Origin: an uncultured Spirochaetia bacterium
Lineage (GTDB): Bacteria; Spirochaetota; CALGPD01
Assembly: GCA_964449345.1 (NCBI GenBank)
Contig: CAYUYT010000002.1
Location: 1 to 42,807, forward strand
DNA length: 42,807 nt
Reading direction: 5' to 3'
Shown: positions 18,442 through 28,662 of the stretch, piece by piece
Layout of the letters: every line of letters starts with the position of its first letter
How positions within the stretch are numbered: the stretch's first letter is position 1
The notes under the pieces: generated by a model
What the model was told of the DNA's origin: nothing
Databases searched by the model: none
What the model saw: the letters and a program-made list of their open reading frames with translations, nothing else
Made by a program: the position numbers and the translations under genes

Positions 18442-20151
18442 TTAAATAATGCATTTTAATTCTGGGTCTTCTCTGAAAGTCGTTGCATCGTTAACTTTTT
18501 CTATTTTCTTTTTAGAGTTTCTAATTTGTATAAAAACTTCGGGATAAACTTTGCCGTGTATAACAATTGTAGGAGGTTTTGGAAAGTATATCTTTTCTTT
18601 TAATTCTTCTCGCTCTGCAGTAACTTTATTAATGGTTGAATTAAATTCTTTTAATTGTTTAAGCATTTCAACGAATTTAACTTTTCGTGCTCCGATTAAG
18701 CCCTTAACAAAATTGCCCAAATCACGAAGAAAATTTTCTCCGAATTGCATTTTCATATCTTCGATATGCTCTTTATATTGTAAAGATAAATCCTTAATTT
18801 TTTTATTTAGTATATTAACTTTTTCTTCGATTTCAGGGTCTTTGCCTGCAATTAGAACGGTTTTTTGGAATGATGTTGAACCGGCCACTCCAACGTCAAG
18901 CCCGTTTTTCCCGATAATAGTTCCTCCTATTACGTTAGCATCAACGTGTACGGTTTCTTTGGAAAAAACTTCGCTTTGTACGATTGATTCTTTTACGTTA
19001 ATTCGCCCGCCAGCTTTAATGTTTGCGTGCTGAATAAACTTTGTTTGTATATTACCTTTTGCAACGACCCTGCAAGTTCCCTTATCCTTGCCTAAAATAC
19101 CGTGGGCAACGATAATGTCTCCTCCTGCTTCAACGTATGCGTCTTCAATTGACTGATTAACTATTATATTGCCCGTTGCTTTTACTTCAAAACCGGGCTT
19201 TATTGTTCCTTTTATTTCAATACTACCGTTAACGTTTAAATTACCTGTATTAAGGTCAACGTCACTTCTTATTTCAATTTTATTTTCAACGGATATTTTA
19301 CCGGAAGTATCAATTTCTAAAGCACCTTCATATTCTGCAACGTAAATATTCGGGTTATCTTTTTGCGTAACCAAACCGTGTCCGATTTTATACTTTTTTT
19401 CTCCTAGCATTTTTCCGGGAATTGGCTCGCCGTAAATAGTATAACCGTTTTCAGCAGGAATATAGGGTTTGAATTCACATATATGTTCTCCGGATTCTAC
19501 TTTGGTTACAAAGTGCCTTTCTTTGAAATCCATGCTACCGTCTGAACGCAATGTGCCAACCTTCTCTTCTTTTTGCTTTATCAAAACAACGTGTTCAATC
19601 TGGCCGTTTTTAGGTTTAGTGCCTTTTGCCACGGCTATACGCGTTCCAAGTAATGCTTTGTTTTCTTCAATTTTATCTAACTGGGCTTTTATTTTATCAT
19701 CTTCAAGAGGATATACAACACCGGCCATTTCTAAGGTTTCTTTTATATCAGCAAGTTCGGGCATATCATAACCTTTGGTTTCATAAATGAACATATATCC
19801 TGCTAGCTTATTCTTTGAAGTAAAAATAAGTGGCTGAACCGCTATTTTTCTTGTATCAGTAACCTTAGCAAAACCGTAACAAAGAGCAACGTATTCCTGT
19901 TTGTGAGCATCAAATTGAACATTATCGCCTTCACCTAATTGAATGAATGGTTGTATATCATAAGACCCGCTATATTTGGAAACATCGCTTGCTAAAATTG
20001 CCGTTGCAATAACTTCTCCCTTTTTAACCACGTTCTCATGGGAAGTTAAAACCATGGGTTTATTTTCCGGGTCTATGGGCGTGGAAAATGGTTGTCTTAC
20101 TATGTTATCAATGAAAAATACTAGCCGTCTGTCTTCAATTTGTTCTGACAT
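18442..20151 (-). CDS. FapA/DUF342 family protein
   Basis: DGSMDFKE, DVDLNTGNL, beta-helix repeats, coiled coil and GKVYPEV. Confidence 0.85.
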   Translation of the reverse strand: MSEQIEDRRLVFFIDNIVRQPFSTPIDPENKPMVLTSHENVVKKGEVIATAILASDVSKYSGSYDIQPFIQLGEGDNVQFDAHKQEYVALCYGFAKVTDTRKIAVQPLIFTSKNKLAGYMFIYETKGYDMPELADIKETLEMAGVVYPLEDDKIKAQLDKIEENKALLGTRIAVAKGTKPKNGQIEHVVLIKQKEEKVGTLRSDGSMDFKERHFVTKVESGEHICEFKPYIPAENGYTIYGEPIPGKMLGEKKYKIGHGLVTQKDNPNIYVAEYEGALEIDTSGKISVENKIEIRSDVDLNTGNLNVNGSIEIKGTIKPGFEVKATGNIIVNQSIEDAYVEAGGDIIVAHGILGKDKGTCRVVAKGNIQTKFIQHANIKAGGRINVKESIVQSEVFSKETVHVDANVIGGTIIGKNGLDVGVAGSTSFQKTVLIAGKDPEIEEKVNILNKKIKDLSLQYKEHIEDMKMQFGENFLRDLGNFVKGLIGARKVKFVEMLKQLKEFNSTINKVTAEREELKEKIYFPKPPTIVIHGKVYPEVFIQIRNSKKKIEKVNDATTFREDPELKCII

Positions 20152-20449
20152 TTTTTATCCAAACTTTTTTTTTATTATCGCTATAATTTCAATTTACTTT
20201 ATCATCTTTTTTATAAATATATTTTTACAATAATATTAAAAAAAATTCAAATTTTTTTTTCTTTTTTATTGAATGTTCAACAGGTAAATAAATTATTTCA
20301 AATAGTAAAACCAATTAGTGTTAAAATCTGGAATTATTTTAATATTTTAAAAAAAATTTAAAAAACTTGTCCTAAAAAAATTTTATAATTTGTATTAGAG
20401 TTTAAGAAACACTACGTTTATGGAAAATTAAAACTGCGGATATAATTAT

Positions 20450-20600
20450 TAACGCGAAATTCGAATTATTTTTTATTTCAATAAAACTGATTTTCTCTAC
20501 TTTTATTAAGAAGTGAAATTGTCCAATGTCGCCTCAGTAATTGATAATATTATTTATAACCAAATTTATCAATAATCTACTATTTCGAAATTTGAGTTTT
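20450..20600. repeat. Dispersed degenerate palindromic repeat, copy B
   Basis: 20450-20535 aligns with 6801-6877; ~20555-20600 resembles 37907-37950. Confidence 0.6.
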
Positions 20601-20704
20601 TACTAAAAATATTATTTTAAAATCAAAGTGAAGGAAATTATTACTTTAAACCAACGGTTCAAATCCTTGGTTGTCTACGGATTTATAATTTTAGTAGTAT
20701 ACCG

Positions 20705-22216
20705 TCATTTGTAACCCCGTTTTTTAAAATTTTTATAAGGGTCATAAGGATATTTATAAATCCCTTGACTGAAATAGTGAGCATTTTTTTCTCTGTCCTC
20801 TTTAGTAAGGCCTTCAACAGGGAGTTTAAAAGAATGGGGAACAACGTAATATTTCAAATTGTGCAAAAAAAAGATGTACAAAAAAGCGAAAAGCAAAAAA
20901 TAAAAGGCAATATGGCTTAACTTGCCCGTAATTATTTTCAATTTATCGGCGGCGGTGTTTAATAACAACGTAAAAATAACAATTACTAGCACTGCCGGAA
21001 TAAGCCAAAACTCAAAATAGTATGGCTCCCAATAAACACCGAGAAGCGAGAATAAAATAAAATTTAAAACAAACGCCCCAAAAATGTATTTATACTTTTT
21101 TAAAGCTGGAATAAAAAATAAAATAAATATAACGAAAAAAAGAGCTAAAAAAACGGCTAACGCGTTATGCGCAATTTGTGCCCGATTGCCAATATTTTTT
21201 AAATCGTAATTAAAACGCTTGATTTTATTATACTTTAAAGTGTGCTTTTGCGATAAAAACGCATCAGTAACTCCGCGTAAAACGAGTTTTGGATGAAACT
21301 TTGAAAAACCGTCTCCCCAAGTTTCTGAAGAACGCCTTTTTGTTCTGTATGCAAAAAGCCATTTCTGAAAAGTTAATTTTTTCCATAAACTGTCAACTTT
21401 AGCCTTGTGGTCTTTTTTAAACGGCAAACCGTAATAAACAGCTCCCGACCAAAAATACGCTCCGGTTGTTAATATAGATGTTACTAGAACAATAATTGTA
21501 AAAGACTTTGCTCTTTGTTTGAAAGATTTTTTAAAAATAGATTCGCTTTTATTTTGTTTTATTGTTACAAAATCAGGGCTTTTTATTTTTAAAAAGAAAA
21601 TTTTATCGGGAATAAAAAACATTACCGTAATAGAAACGCTTACCAAAACAAAATATTGATGAAACATTATCCCTATAAAAAAACAAACACCGAGTATTAA
21701 AGAATTGATGTAAAATATAATAACATTTTTTTTCGTTGTTAATTCATAAAACATCCAAAAAACAACTCCAATCCATGCTAACGGGAAAATTGCCGTGTCA
21801 ATTTTTGCGGCATTATATAAATATCCGTGTGTAAAACAGGCAAGCAAAGCGCCTAAAACTCCGTATCCAAGACTGTTCGTTAATTTCGTTAATAATATTA
21901 TAAGAGCGAATATACCTAAACAGGCAATTAATAAAGAACGCATACGCAGGTTAAACATCAAGTATTTAAATTTGTGCACCGTTTTGTCTTTATTCATATA
22001 TTTATGAAAATATATCCCGGATATTTCGAAATGCAAATGATGGGGGTTGAAAAAATTTTTATTAACAATCATCATCCAGCGCACATTGTTTGTATAAACA
22101 ACGCTGTCGTGATCAAGGGAGCGTTGAAGAAAAAATAGGTTGAATAAAAAATAAACAAAAGTTATAAGACCTGCAACGAAATATTTAATGTAGTTTTTGC
22201 CGGATTTGATTTCCAA
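20705..22216 (-). CDS. Polytopic membrane protein, possibly a GT-C-fold glycosyltransferase
   Basis: ~11 TM; DHDSVVY and NPHHL motifs in the first loop. Confidence 0.55.
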   Translation of the reverse strand: MEIKSGKNYIKYFVAGLITFVYFLFNLFFLQRSLDHDSVVYTNNVRWMMIVNKNFFNPHHLHFEISGIYFHKYMNKDKTVHKFKYLMFNLRMRSLLIACLGIFALIILLTKLTNSLGYGVLGALLACFTHGYLYNAAKIDTAIFPLAWIGVVFWMFYELTTKKNVIIFYINSLILGVCFFIGIMFHQYFVLVSVSITVMFFIPDKIFFLKIKSPDFVTIKQNKSESIFKKSFKQRAKSFTIIVLVTSILTTGAYFWSGAVYYGLPFKKDHKAKVDSLWKKLTFQKWLFAYRTKRRSSETWGDGFSKFHPKLVLRGVTDAFLSQKHTLKYNKIKRFNYDLKNIGNRAQIAHNALAVFLALFFVIFILFFIPALKKYKYIFGAFVLNFILFSLLGVYWEPYYFEFWLIPAVLVIVIFTLLLNTAADKLKIITGKLSHIAFYFLLFAFLYIFFLHNLKYYVVPHSFKLPVEGLTKEDREKNAHYFSQGIYKYPYDPYKNFKKRGYK

Positions 22217-22219
22217 TTT

Positions 22220-22852
22220 TTAATCCTGATTAGCCACTTCATGTTTAATTGCATTAATTTTAGAAACTATTTCCCCTGATTTATATATATGCTTTATGAC
22301 GGTTTTATCCCCTGTTCTATGCCTTAACTCTATGGTGCCAATTTTTAAATATCTAAATAACGCGTTTTCTTTATAAACAACTTCCTGAATTTCATTAAGG
22401 TTGAAAAAATAAATCTTTTTAAAAATAAGTGTGTTTTTAAAATAAACGACTTTTATCTGCACATCATCAATAAACAAATAAGAAAATAAAGAAGCTAATT
22501 TGTTATATAGGAAAATTGAAAAATGATATGCAATGATGATTAAAAATAAATACCTGCTTAGCTTAACGAATAACTCACGTTTAGGCATCTTAAACGAAAA
22601 AATTTCGGAAAGTTTGAAAAAATTGAAAATTTTAATAAGTATAAATCCTAAATTTTTATGATAAGGATAAATAACGGAAATAATTATTATGCCTAAAAAT
22701 ATTTTTAAAAAAATTAATGAAAACGGCTGACGATAAAAGTCAAAATCAACGCTTTTTTTATAAATATTTTTGGATAAATAATTCTTAGTCAAAGATAAAG
22801 GAAAGTTTATAATTTTAATGTAATACTTTTTTACGTTGTCAAAATTCATCAA
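22220..22852 (-). CDS. Membrane protein with C-terminal bacterial PH-like domain
   Basis: TM segments, then IQEVVYKENALFRYLKIGTIEL. Confidence 0.6.
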   Translation of the reverse strand: MMNFDNVKKYYIKIINFPLSLTKNYLSKNIYKKSVDFDFYRQPFSLIFLKIFLGIIIISVIYPYHKNLGFILIKIFNFFKLSEIFSFKMPKRELFVKLSRYLFLIIIAYHFSIFLYNKLASLFSYLFIDDVQIKVVYFKNTLIFKKIYFFNLNEIQEVVYKENALFRYLKIGTIELRHRTGDKTVIKHIYKSGEIVSKINAIKHEVANQD

Positions 22853-22967
22853 TGAACAATAAATTATAATATTTTAAATGTCAAATAAAAAATCCACAGG
22901 GAGTACAAATTTAAAATTAGATAAAAATTCGATTTATTAAAAATCGAAACAAAAATATACTTTCACA

Positions 22968-23050
22968 GAGGGGACAATGGCCATTGCCGCCTCTATTTAA
23001 TAACTATTTTTATAAATTAAAAAAACATTTTTATTTAGAAATTCGCGTAA
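22968..23050 (-). repeat. Dispersed degenerate palindromic repeat, copy C
   Basis: GAGGGGACAATGGCCATTGCCGCCTC quasi-palindrome plus GAAATTCGCGTAA end. Confidence 0.6.
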
Positions 23051-23193
23051 ATAGACTGCAAACGCCTTGTTTTATTTAAACCATTTTTCGATTTTACAGA
23101 AAAATAAGGACAGAATCGTTTTTAATCCAAATTAAAAACCAAGAACAGACAAGAATGAACTCAAGCGTTTAAGTAAATCAAATTATAAGCAAT

Positions 23194-23225
23194 AAAAAAA
23201 CTGCGCAAATTAATCTGCGCAGTTT
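23194..23225 (-). terminator. Intrinsic terminator after secF
   Basis: AAACTGCGCA/TGCGCAGTTT stem with a T run on the minus strand. Confidence 0.65.
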
Positions 23226-23244
23226 AATTAATAATTTATATAAA

Positions 23245-24585
23245 TTAAGCGTTAACTTTTTTTCGCTTTTTCTTTTTTTTCTTTTCTCTTGCTTCAATAA
23301 ACCTATCCCAAATAACTAATGTCGGGCTTGCTACGAAAATAGAGGAATAAGTTCCGAAGAAAATACCAACGAGAAGCAACAGATAAAAATTAAACAATGC
23401 ATCCCCGCCCCACATTAACAAAACAAATACAACGATAAAAGTTGTAAATGACGTTATTAATGTACGGGATAATGACTCCCAAATACTACGGTTTACTATC
23501 ATAATATATTCGTCTTTGTTGGTTGAGATTTTCTCGGTGTTTTCCCTTATACGGTCGAATACTACGATAGTGTCGTTAATAGAGTAACCTAGTATTGTCA
23601 AGATTGCAGCGATTATAGTAATATCCATTTCGATTTCAAAAAGGCTTACGAAACCAATCATTATAATAGTATCGTGAAGCAAAGCCACTACTGATGCAAG
23701 TCCGAATTTGAATTGAAACCTAATTGCAACGTATATTAATATAATTATTGAAACTAAAATAATTACCTCAATACTAACGCGTATGAAGTACGCCCCGATT
23801 TTAGGTCCTATAAATTGCCTGCCTTCAATTTTAATTTTAAGTTCGTTTAACTTCAATAAACGTTCAAACAAGAAGCTTCTAAAACGTTTATATGCGTTTT
23901 GTTTATCAAAATTTTTCGGTAATTTTATTTGTATTTTAAAACCTTTTTTGTTTTCTAGTTTGTAAACTTTTCCACTAAAAAATTTCGATGTAAAATTCTG
24001 CACAGAGTCTTTAATAACACCGGCAATCTCCGGCAATTTAAGTTCTTCAACTTGTTTATTTTTCCCTTTTTCATTGCTTTCTTTCATCTGGTCTTCTAAA
24101 TTCTTTTTTTCCTGGGCAGTTAGTGCTAAAATTTTTACAAGCTTATCAATATTTATTGCGTTATTTTTAACGTGTAAAACAATAGACTGTTCTTTATCGT
24201 TAAAGGTTAAATCAGCAGAAATATTATCGTATTTTTTATACATCTCATGTAAAAACATATCAGATATTTTAACATCTTTACCGTTAACTTTCACGTTGTG
24301 TTCTCGCAACGTAATGTAAAAACTTCTCTTTCCGCCTTCGCCTATTGTACGGCTCGTTGTTACCTCACCGGAGGCGTTTATTTTTTTAATAATATCTTTG
24401 ATTTTTTCCGCATCCATATTCATTTTTTTAGGGAAATACATATTGAAAGCAGTACCCCCGGCAAAATCGATGCCTAATTTGAAACCGCCTTTAAGTATAA
24501 CGGATAATATAGAGGCAACGATTAATAATGCGGATACAATTAAAGTTATTTTTGATGTTCTTACAAAATCTATTCTATTTTTCAT
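23245..24585 (-). CDS. secF: Protein translocase subunit SecF (enlarged periplasmic region)
   Basis: LGIDFAGG, ALLHD, GYSINDTIVVFDRIRE and SRTLITS motifs. Confidence 0.95.
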   Translation of the reverse strand: MKNRIDFVRTSKITLIVSALLIVASILSVILKGGFKLGIDFAGGTAFNMYFPKKMNMDAEKIKDIIKKINASGEVTTSRTIGEGGKRSFYITLREHNVKVNGKDVKISDMFLHEMYKKYDNISADLTFNDKEQSIVLHVKNNAINIDKLVKILALTAQEKKNLEDQMKESNEKGKNKQVEELKLPEIAGVIKDSVQNFTSKFFSGKVYKLENKKGFKIQIKLPKNFDKQNAYKRFRSFLFERLLKLNELKIKIEGRQFIGPKIGAYFIRVSIEVIILVSIIILIYVAIRFQFKFGLASVVALLHDTIIMIGFVSLFEIEMDITIIAAILTILGYSINDTIVVFDRIRENTEKISTNKDEYIMIVNRSIWESLSRTLITSFTTFIVVFVLLMWGGDALFNFYLLLLVGIFFGTYSSIFVASPTLVIWDRFIEAREKKKKKKRKKVNA

Positions 24586-24587
24586 AA

Positions 24588-26603
24588 TTAAGACCTACCC
24601 GGATATTTTTTAAATATGGGAAAAATGGATATTTGCTTTATCTTCAACCAAGAAACGATCATCATCATAATTGTTTTAGTAAAGAAAAGCGCTGTAAACA
24701 TACTCGCTGCTATACCGACTAACAATGTCCATCCGAAACCTCTAATAGGGCCTGTACCTACCTGTGAGATAACTAAAGCCGCCATAATCGTGGTTATACT
24801 GGCATCGAGAATAGTTCTAAACGCTTTACCGTATCCGGCTTCGATTGAAGCTTCTACGCTACGGCCGGCACGAATTTCTTCTTTAATACGTTCGTTTATA
24901 ATTACGTTTGCGTCAACTGACATACCTATTGTCAGGATAATCCCCGCGATACCCGGTAAAGTTAGAGTTAAACCTAAGCCTGCCAAAATTGCAGTTAAAA
25001 TCAAGAGGTTTAATAAAACCGCAATATTTGCAATTAATCCTGAAACACGGTAATACAAAATCATAAAAATTATAACTGCAATTACTGCGATAATCATTGC
25101 CATGATACCCGTTTGAATCTGTTCCCGGCCTAAACTTGGTCCCACAACGCGTAACTGTTCGATTTTTAAAGGCACTTTTAGCGCGCCCGCTTTTAAAATA
25201 CCGGCAAGGAACGAAGCTTCACGCGGGGTAAAATTACCCGATATTTGCCCCCTGCCTGAAGGTATTTCTTCTCTAATATAGGGTGCGCTCTTCATTTTTC
25301 CGTCAAGCAAGATTGCCAAAAGTTTGCCTTTGTTATTTTTCGTTATTTTTGCAAATTGCTCAGCACCGTCTGCATTTAATTCAAAATCAACAACGGGATT
25401 ATTGGACATTCCGCTTGATTGATAGTTTACTCTTGCGTCTTTTATTAAATTTCCTTCAAGTAATATTTTTCGCTTTAAAACAACTGCGCCGATAGTTTTC
25501 GGTAAACCGAATTGGTCGCGCTTCTGTACATCGTAAATATTGGATCCGGTCGGGATTGTAATAACCTTTGGCTGTTCTGTATAAATATCACGAAGAGATA
25601 TTGAATACGTTTCTTCGGGATTACGCGCCGCTTTTTTAAATAATACTTTCAATTTTCGGATTACAGAAAGGTCTGTAATATATCTATCATCAATATTTGC
25701 TTGCTTTCCTTTATAAGTATATGGAATAGACCGCATAAAGTTTTCATCAACGATCTGCATGGTTAAATTACCCGTTCTGGTTAAAATTTCTTCTGCAGCA
25801 GCAACGTCGTTTGCACCGGGTAGCTGTATAATAAGCGTATTATTAGGGCCTTTTCTTATGCTGACCTCAGAAACACCGAATTGGTCTACCCTATTTTGAA
25901 TAACCTGCCGTGCCCTTTCAGGAGCGTCCTTTATTTCAACTTCAATTCTATTATCGATAAATTCTTTTTGTAAGCGTTTTGCTTCGGCTAACCTTTCTTC
26001 AGCAGTTTTATCTTTCCATTCAGGGTCTTTTTCAAGCTGCTTTTGATACATTTTATATCTGTCAATAAATTTTTGTCTTAGTTGCTGTTTTAATTTATCA
26101 AGGTCTACTCCAAGCACAATGTGTATTCCGCCAGCAAGGTCTAAACCCAATTTAACAATCTCTTTTTTTAAGTTTTTAATTTTTTGTATTTCGTTTAATC
26201 TTTCAATTTCCTTTTTTGCCTTTATTTGAATGCTGATAAATTTTTCAGCAAATTCGTTAACTTTTTCATCTTTTAAAGCCGAGCGGGATTTCTTTAAAAG
26301 CTTAACAATGCGTGCTTTAGTCATTTTCAATACAAGTTCATCCGTATCGTTTCTAATATCCAGATAAACTTTATCCTGTGATTTTTGAAAATATTGTTTA
26401 TGGTCGTTTATAATCCTGCGCAAATCCTCGACTTTTGAAAAAATTGCATCCCTCATCAATTCAAGTTTCCGGGGCGCAACGTTTGCTAGATCTTTTTGCC
26501 CAATCGGAGTTTCGTAATACCAATAATAAGTTTCTTTTAAAGACCAAAAACTCACAATCAATACAATTAAAATCAACATAATACGTGCAAACTTACTTTT
26601 CAT
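24588..26603 (-). CDS. secD: Protein translocase subunit SecD
   Basis: LGLDLAGG, RVDQFGVSE, VGPSLG and TLTLPGIAG…VDANVIINERIKEE motifs. Confidence 0.95.
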   Translation of the reverse strand: MKSKFARIMLILIVLIVSFWSLKETYYWYYETPIGQKDLANVAPRKLELMRDAIFSKVEDLRRIINDHKQYFQKSQDKVYLDIRNDTDELVLKMTKARIVKLLKKSRSALKDEKVNEFAEKFISIQIKAKKEIERLNEIQKIKNLKKEIVKLGLDLAGGIHIVLGVDLDKLKQQLRQKFIDRYKMYQKQLEKDPEWKDKTAEERLAEAKRLQKEFIDNRIEVEIKDAPERARQVIQNRVDQFGVSEVSIRKGPNNTLIIQLPGANDVAAAEEILTRTGNLTMQIVDENFMRSIPYTYKGKQANIDDRYITDLSVIRKLKVLFKKAARNPEETYSISLRDIYTEQPKVITIPTGSNIYDVQKRDQFGLPKTIGAVVLKRKILLEGNLIKDARVNYQSSGMSNNPVVDFELNADGAEQFAKITKNNKGKLLAILLDGKMKSAPYIREEIPSGRGQISGNFTPREASFLAGILKAGALKVPLKIEQLRVVGPSLGREQIQTGIMAMIIAVIAVIIFMILYYRVSGLIANIAVLLNLLILTAILAGLGLTLTLPGIAGIILTIGMSVDANVIINERIKEEIRAGRSVEASIEAGYGKAFRTILDASITTIMAALVISQVGTGPIRGFGWTLLVGIAASMFTALFFTKTIMMMIVSWLKIKQISIFPIFKKYPGRS

Positions 26604-26633
26604 TTATCCTCCAAAATATTTAGCTGGCCGGGT

Positions 26634-27194
26634 TTATTTTAAATATCTATTTGAATTACTGCTACTATGGCTGCTTCTCCCGCGGCCTCTCTTTTTCATA
26701 CCGAATATCAAATATAAGAACAAAATAAGTGCCGAAATAATAACAAAATAAATTTTCGTATAATCGACCTTATCTTTTTTCAGGGTATTTTTTTTTTCCT
26801 GATTTTTACTTTTTATTTGTTTATCGGGTTTTATTTTCTCTGCTTCACTAACACGCTTGTTTTTATTTTTTGCGTTTTCCTGCTGAATAACTTTATTGCC
26901 GTGCCTGTCAAAAATAATTGTTCCCCGTTTTACCCCCGAGGTATCTTTTTCATCGGGACCAACGGGCAATTTAGAATCCGGTTCTTTTTTTTCCCTAACA
27001 GACTGATTTTTTTTATCTTTTTGTTCATTGTTACCGGAAGCATTATTTTCATTTCCGTTCTGTTCAATTACGAAACCGCCTCTAACCACACCGCTTTTTT
27101 CTGCGGAATTTAAGAAACGGCCACTTAAAAAAATAAATATTGTTCCTATAAAAAAAGTTAATAAAAACTTAACTTTTTTTTTATTAAAAATCAT
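26634..27194 (-). CDS. Hypothetical membrane-anchored protein between yajC and secD
   Basis: N-terminal hydrophobic segment, low-complexity linker, C-terminal TM plus basic tail; tightly coupled to neighbours. Confidence 0.7.
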   Translation of the reverse strand: MIFNKKKVKFLLTFFIGTIFIFLSGRFLNSAEKSGVVRGGFVIEQNGNENNASGNNEQKDKKNQSVREKKEPDSKLPVGPDEKDTSGVKRGTIIFDRHGNKVIQQENAKNKNKRVSEAEKIKPDKQIKSKNQEKKNTLKKDKVDYTKIYFVIISALILFLYLIFGMKKRGRGRSSHSSSNSNRYLK

Positions 27195-27195
27195 T

Positions 27196-27507
27196 TTATT
27201 TTGACATTACCTGTTGAACAGAATTTTTCATAACTTCAATTTTTACCTCGTTGCCTATTTTAGCAATAACAACGTCATCCTTTACATCTGAAACAATTGC
27301 AACTAATCCGCCCATAGTAACGATTTTGTCGCCTTTAGTCATGGCAGCTATTTGCTTCTGCCTCATTTTTTCCTTTTTCTGTTGCGGCCTGATTAGCAAA
27401 AAGTAAAAAATTACAAAAACCAAAACCATAAACCCAATTGATACTAAGCCCGGCATTCCGCTTTTAGAACCAGCTGCGCTTACAATTAACGAACTCAATG
27501 TTAACAT
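27196..27507 (-). CDS. yajC: Preprotein translocase subunit YajC
   Basis: FYFLLIRPQQKK…KGDKIVTMGGL. Confidence 0.95.
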   Translation of the reverse strand: MLTLSSLIVSAAGSKSGMPGLVSIGFMVLVFVIFYFLLIRPQQKKEKMRQKQIAAMTKGDKIVTMGGLVAIVSDVKDDVVIAKIGNEVKIEVMKNSVQQVMSK

Positions 27508-27690
27508 TTTATTCCTCTTTATTTAAAAAAATTTTTTATGTGCTTAAATCAAGCACAAAAATAATTGAAATTTTACTTTCAGTCAAGTAATTGATATAAT
27601 AATTTACCGAATATTATTAATTATGGAAAAAGAATTATTCTCTTATCAAAACTTTATGTTTATAATTTAATATAGCATTATTTAATATGT

Positions 27691-28644
27691 TTGAAAATAG
27701 AACAAAAATTAAAACCGCACGAGAGTAATATTTTGAGCAACATTTTAGTTTCTGTAACAATTAAAAAAGAATTTGAAGATATTATCAAAAGTTTTTTTAT
27801 TACAAAATGTCTTAATTCCGTTGTAATTAAAGACCCTTTAAAATTACCCGGAGAAATAAAGCACGCTTTATATGACGAGCAAGATAAAAAAGAAGGTTTC
27901 GTTAAAATTACATCAACCTTCCCTTTTAGAAAAAAGTATTTAAAAAATAATATTACCTTGTTTTTAGAACGCCTTACTCCTGAATATAAAATTAATTTTA
28001 CAATAATACCTAAAGAAAACAATGAATGGAAATCTTTCTATAAAGGCGTTGAAATTGAAGGAATTATAAAAATTATACCACCGTGGCTGGTTAATGAAAG
28101 CAAAGAAAAACGTATAATACAAATAGATCCGGGCGCCGGTTTCGGTACGGGAGACCATGCAACGTCAAGGTTATGTTTAAATCAACTAAAAAACATTCAA
28201 ATTCAAAACCGGAATGTTGCAGATTTGGGATGTGGTAGCGGTATTTTAGGAATAACGTGTAAAAAGTTTGGGGCAAACCGAATTCTTATGCTAGAACACG
28301 ATATTAACTCGGTAAATAACGCAAAGCATAACGCAAAACTCAATGGGGTTGAAAATGACGTTGATATAAGACATTTTGATCTGATGAAAAAAAAAATACC
28401 CGGCTTAAATAAATTTGATGTTATTTTTTGTAATATATGGCCTCATGTAAATAAACACGTTGCTTTGCTTAACGCGCAAAATTTTAAAAAAAATACACAA
28501 ATTTTGTTTACAGGTGTTTTTAAAAAGGACCATGAAAATTTTAATTCTTTTCTCTTAAAGAACGGTTATAAAATTTTGGATATAAAAACGTTAAAAGATT
28601 GGTATTTATATATCGCGACTTTTAAGAAAAATATCCTTACTTAG
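27691..28644 (+). CDS. prmA: Ribosomal protein L11 methyltransferase
   Basis: IIPPW, IDPGAGFGTGDHATSRLCL and DLGCGSGIL motifs; start uncertain. Confidence 0.88.
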   Translation: MKIEQKLKPHESNILSNILVSVTIKKEFEDIIKSFFITKCLNSVVIKDPLKLPGEIKHALYDEQDKKEGFVKITSTFPFRKKYLKNNITLFLERLTPEYKINFTIIPKENNEWKSFYKGVEIEGIIKIIPPWLVNESKEKRIIQIDPGAGFGTGDHATSRLCLNQLKNIQIQNRNVADLGCGSGILGITCKKFGANRILMLEHDINSVNNAKHNAKLNGVENDVDIRHFDLMKKKIPGLNKFDVIFCNIWPHVNKHVALLNAQNFKKNTQILFTGVFKKDHENFNSFLLKNGYKILDIKTLKDWYLYIATFKKNILT

Positions 28645-28662
28645 AAGCAAAGGCAGGTAGTT

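Noticed and set aside
20655-20668. GGTTCAAATCC, resembling a tRNA T-loop or att remnant
   Set aside because: No acceptor, D or anticodon arms; better explained as part of a palindrome.
27623-27690. Possible frameshifted 5' extension of prmA from ATG 27623
   Set aside because: The short upstream ORF has no convincing PrmA similarity, and the main ORF is already full length.
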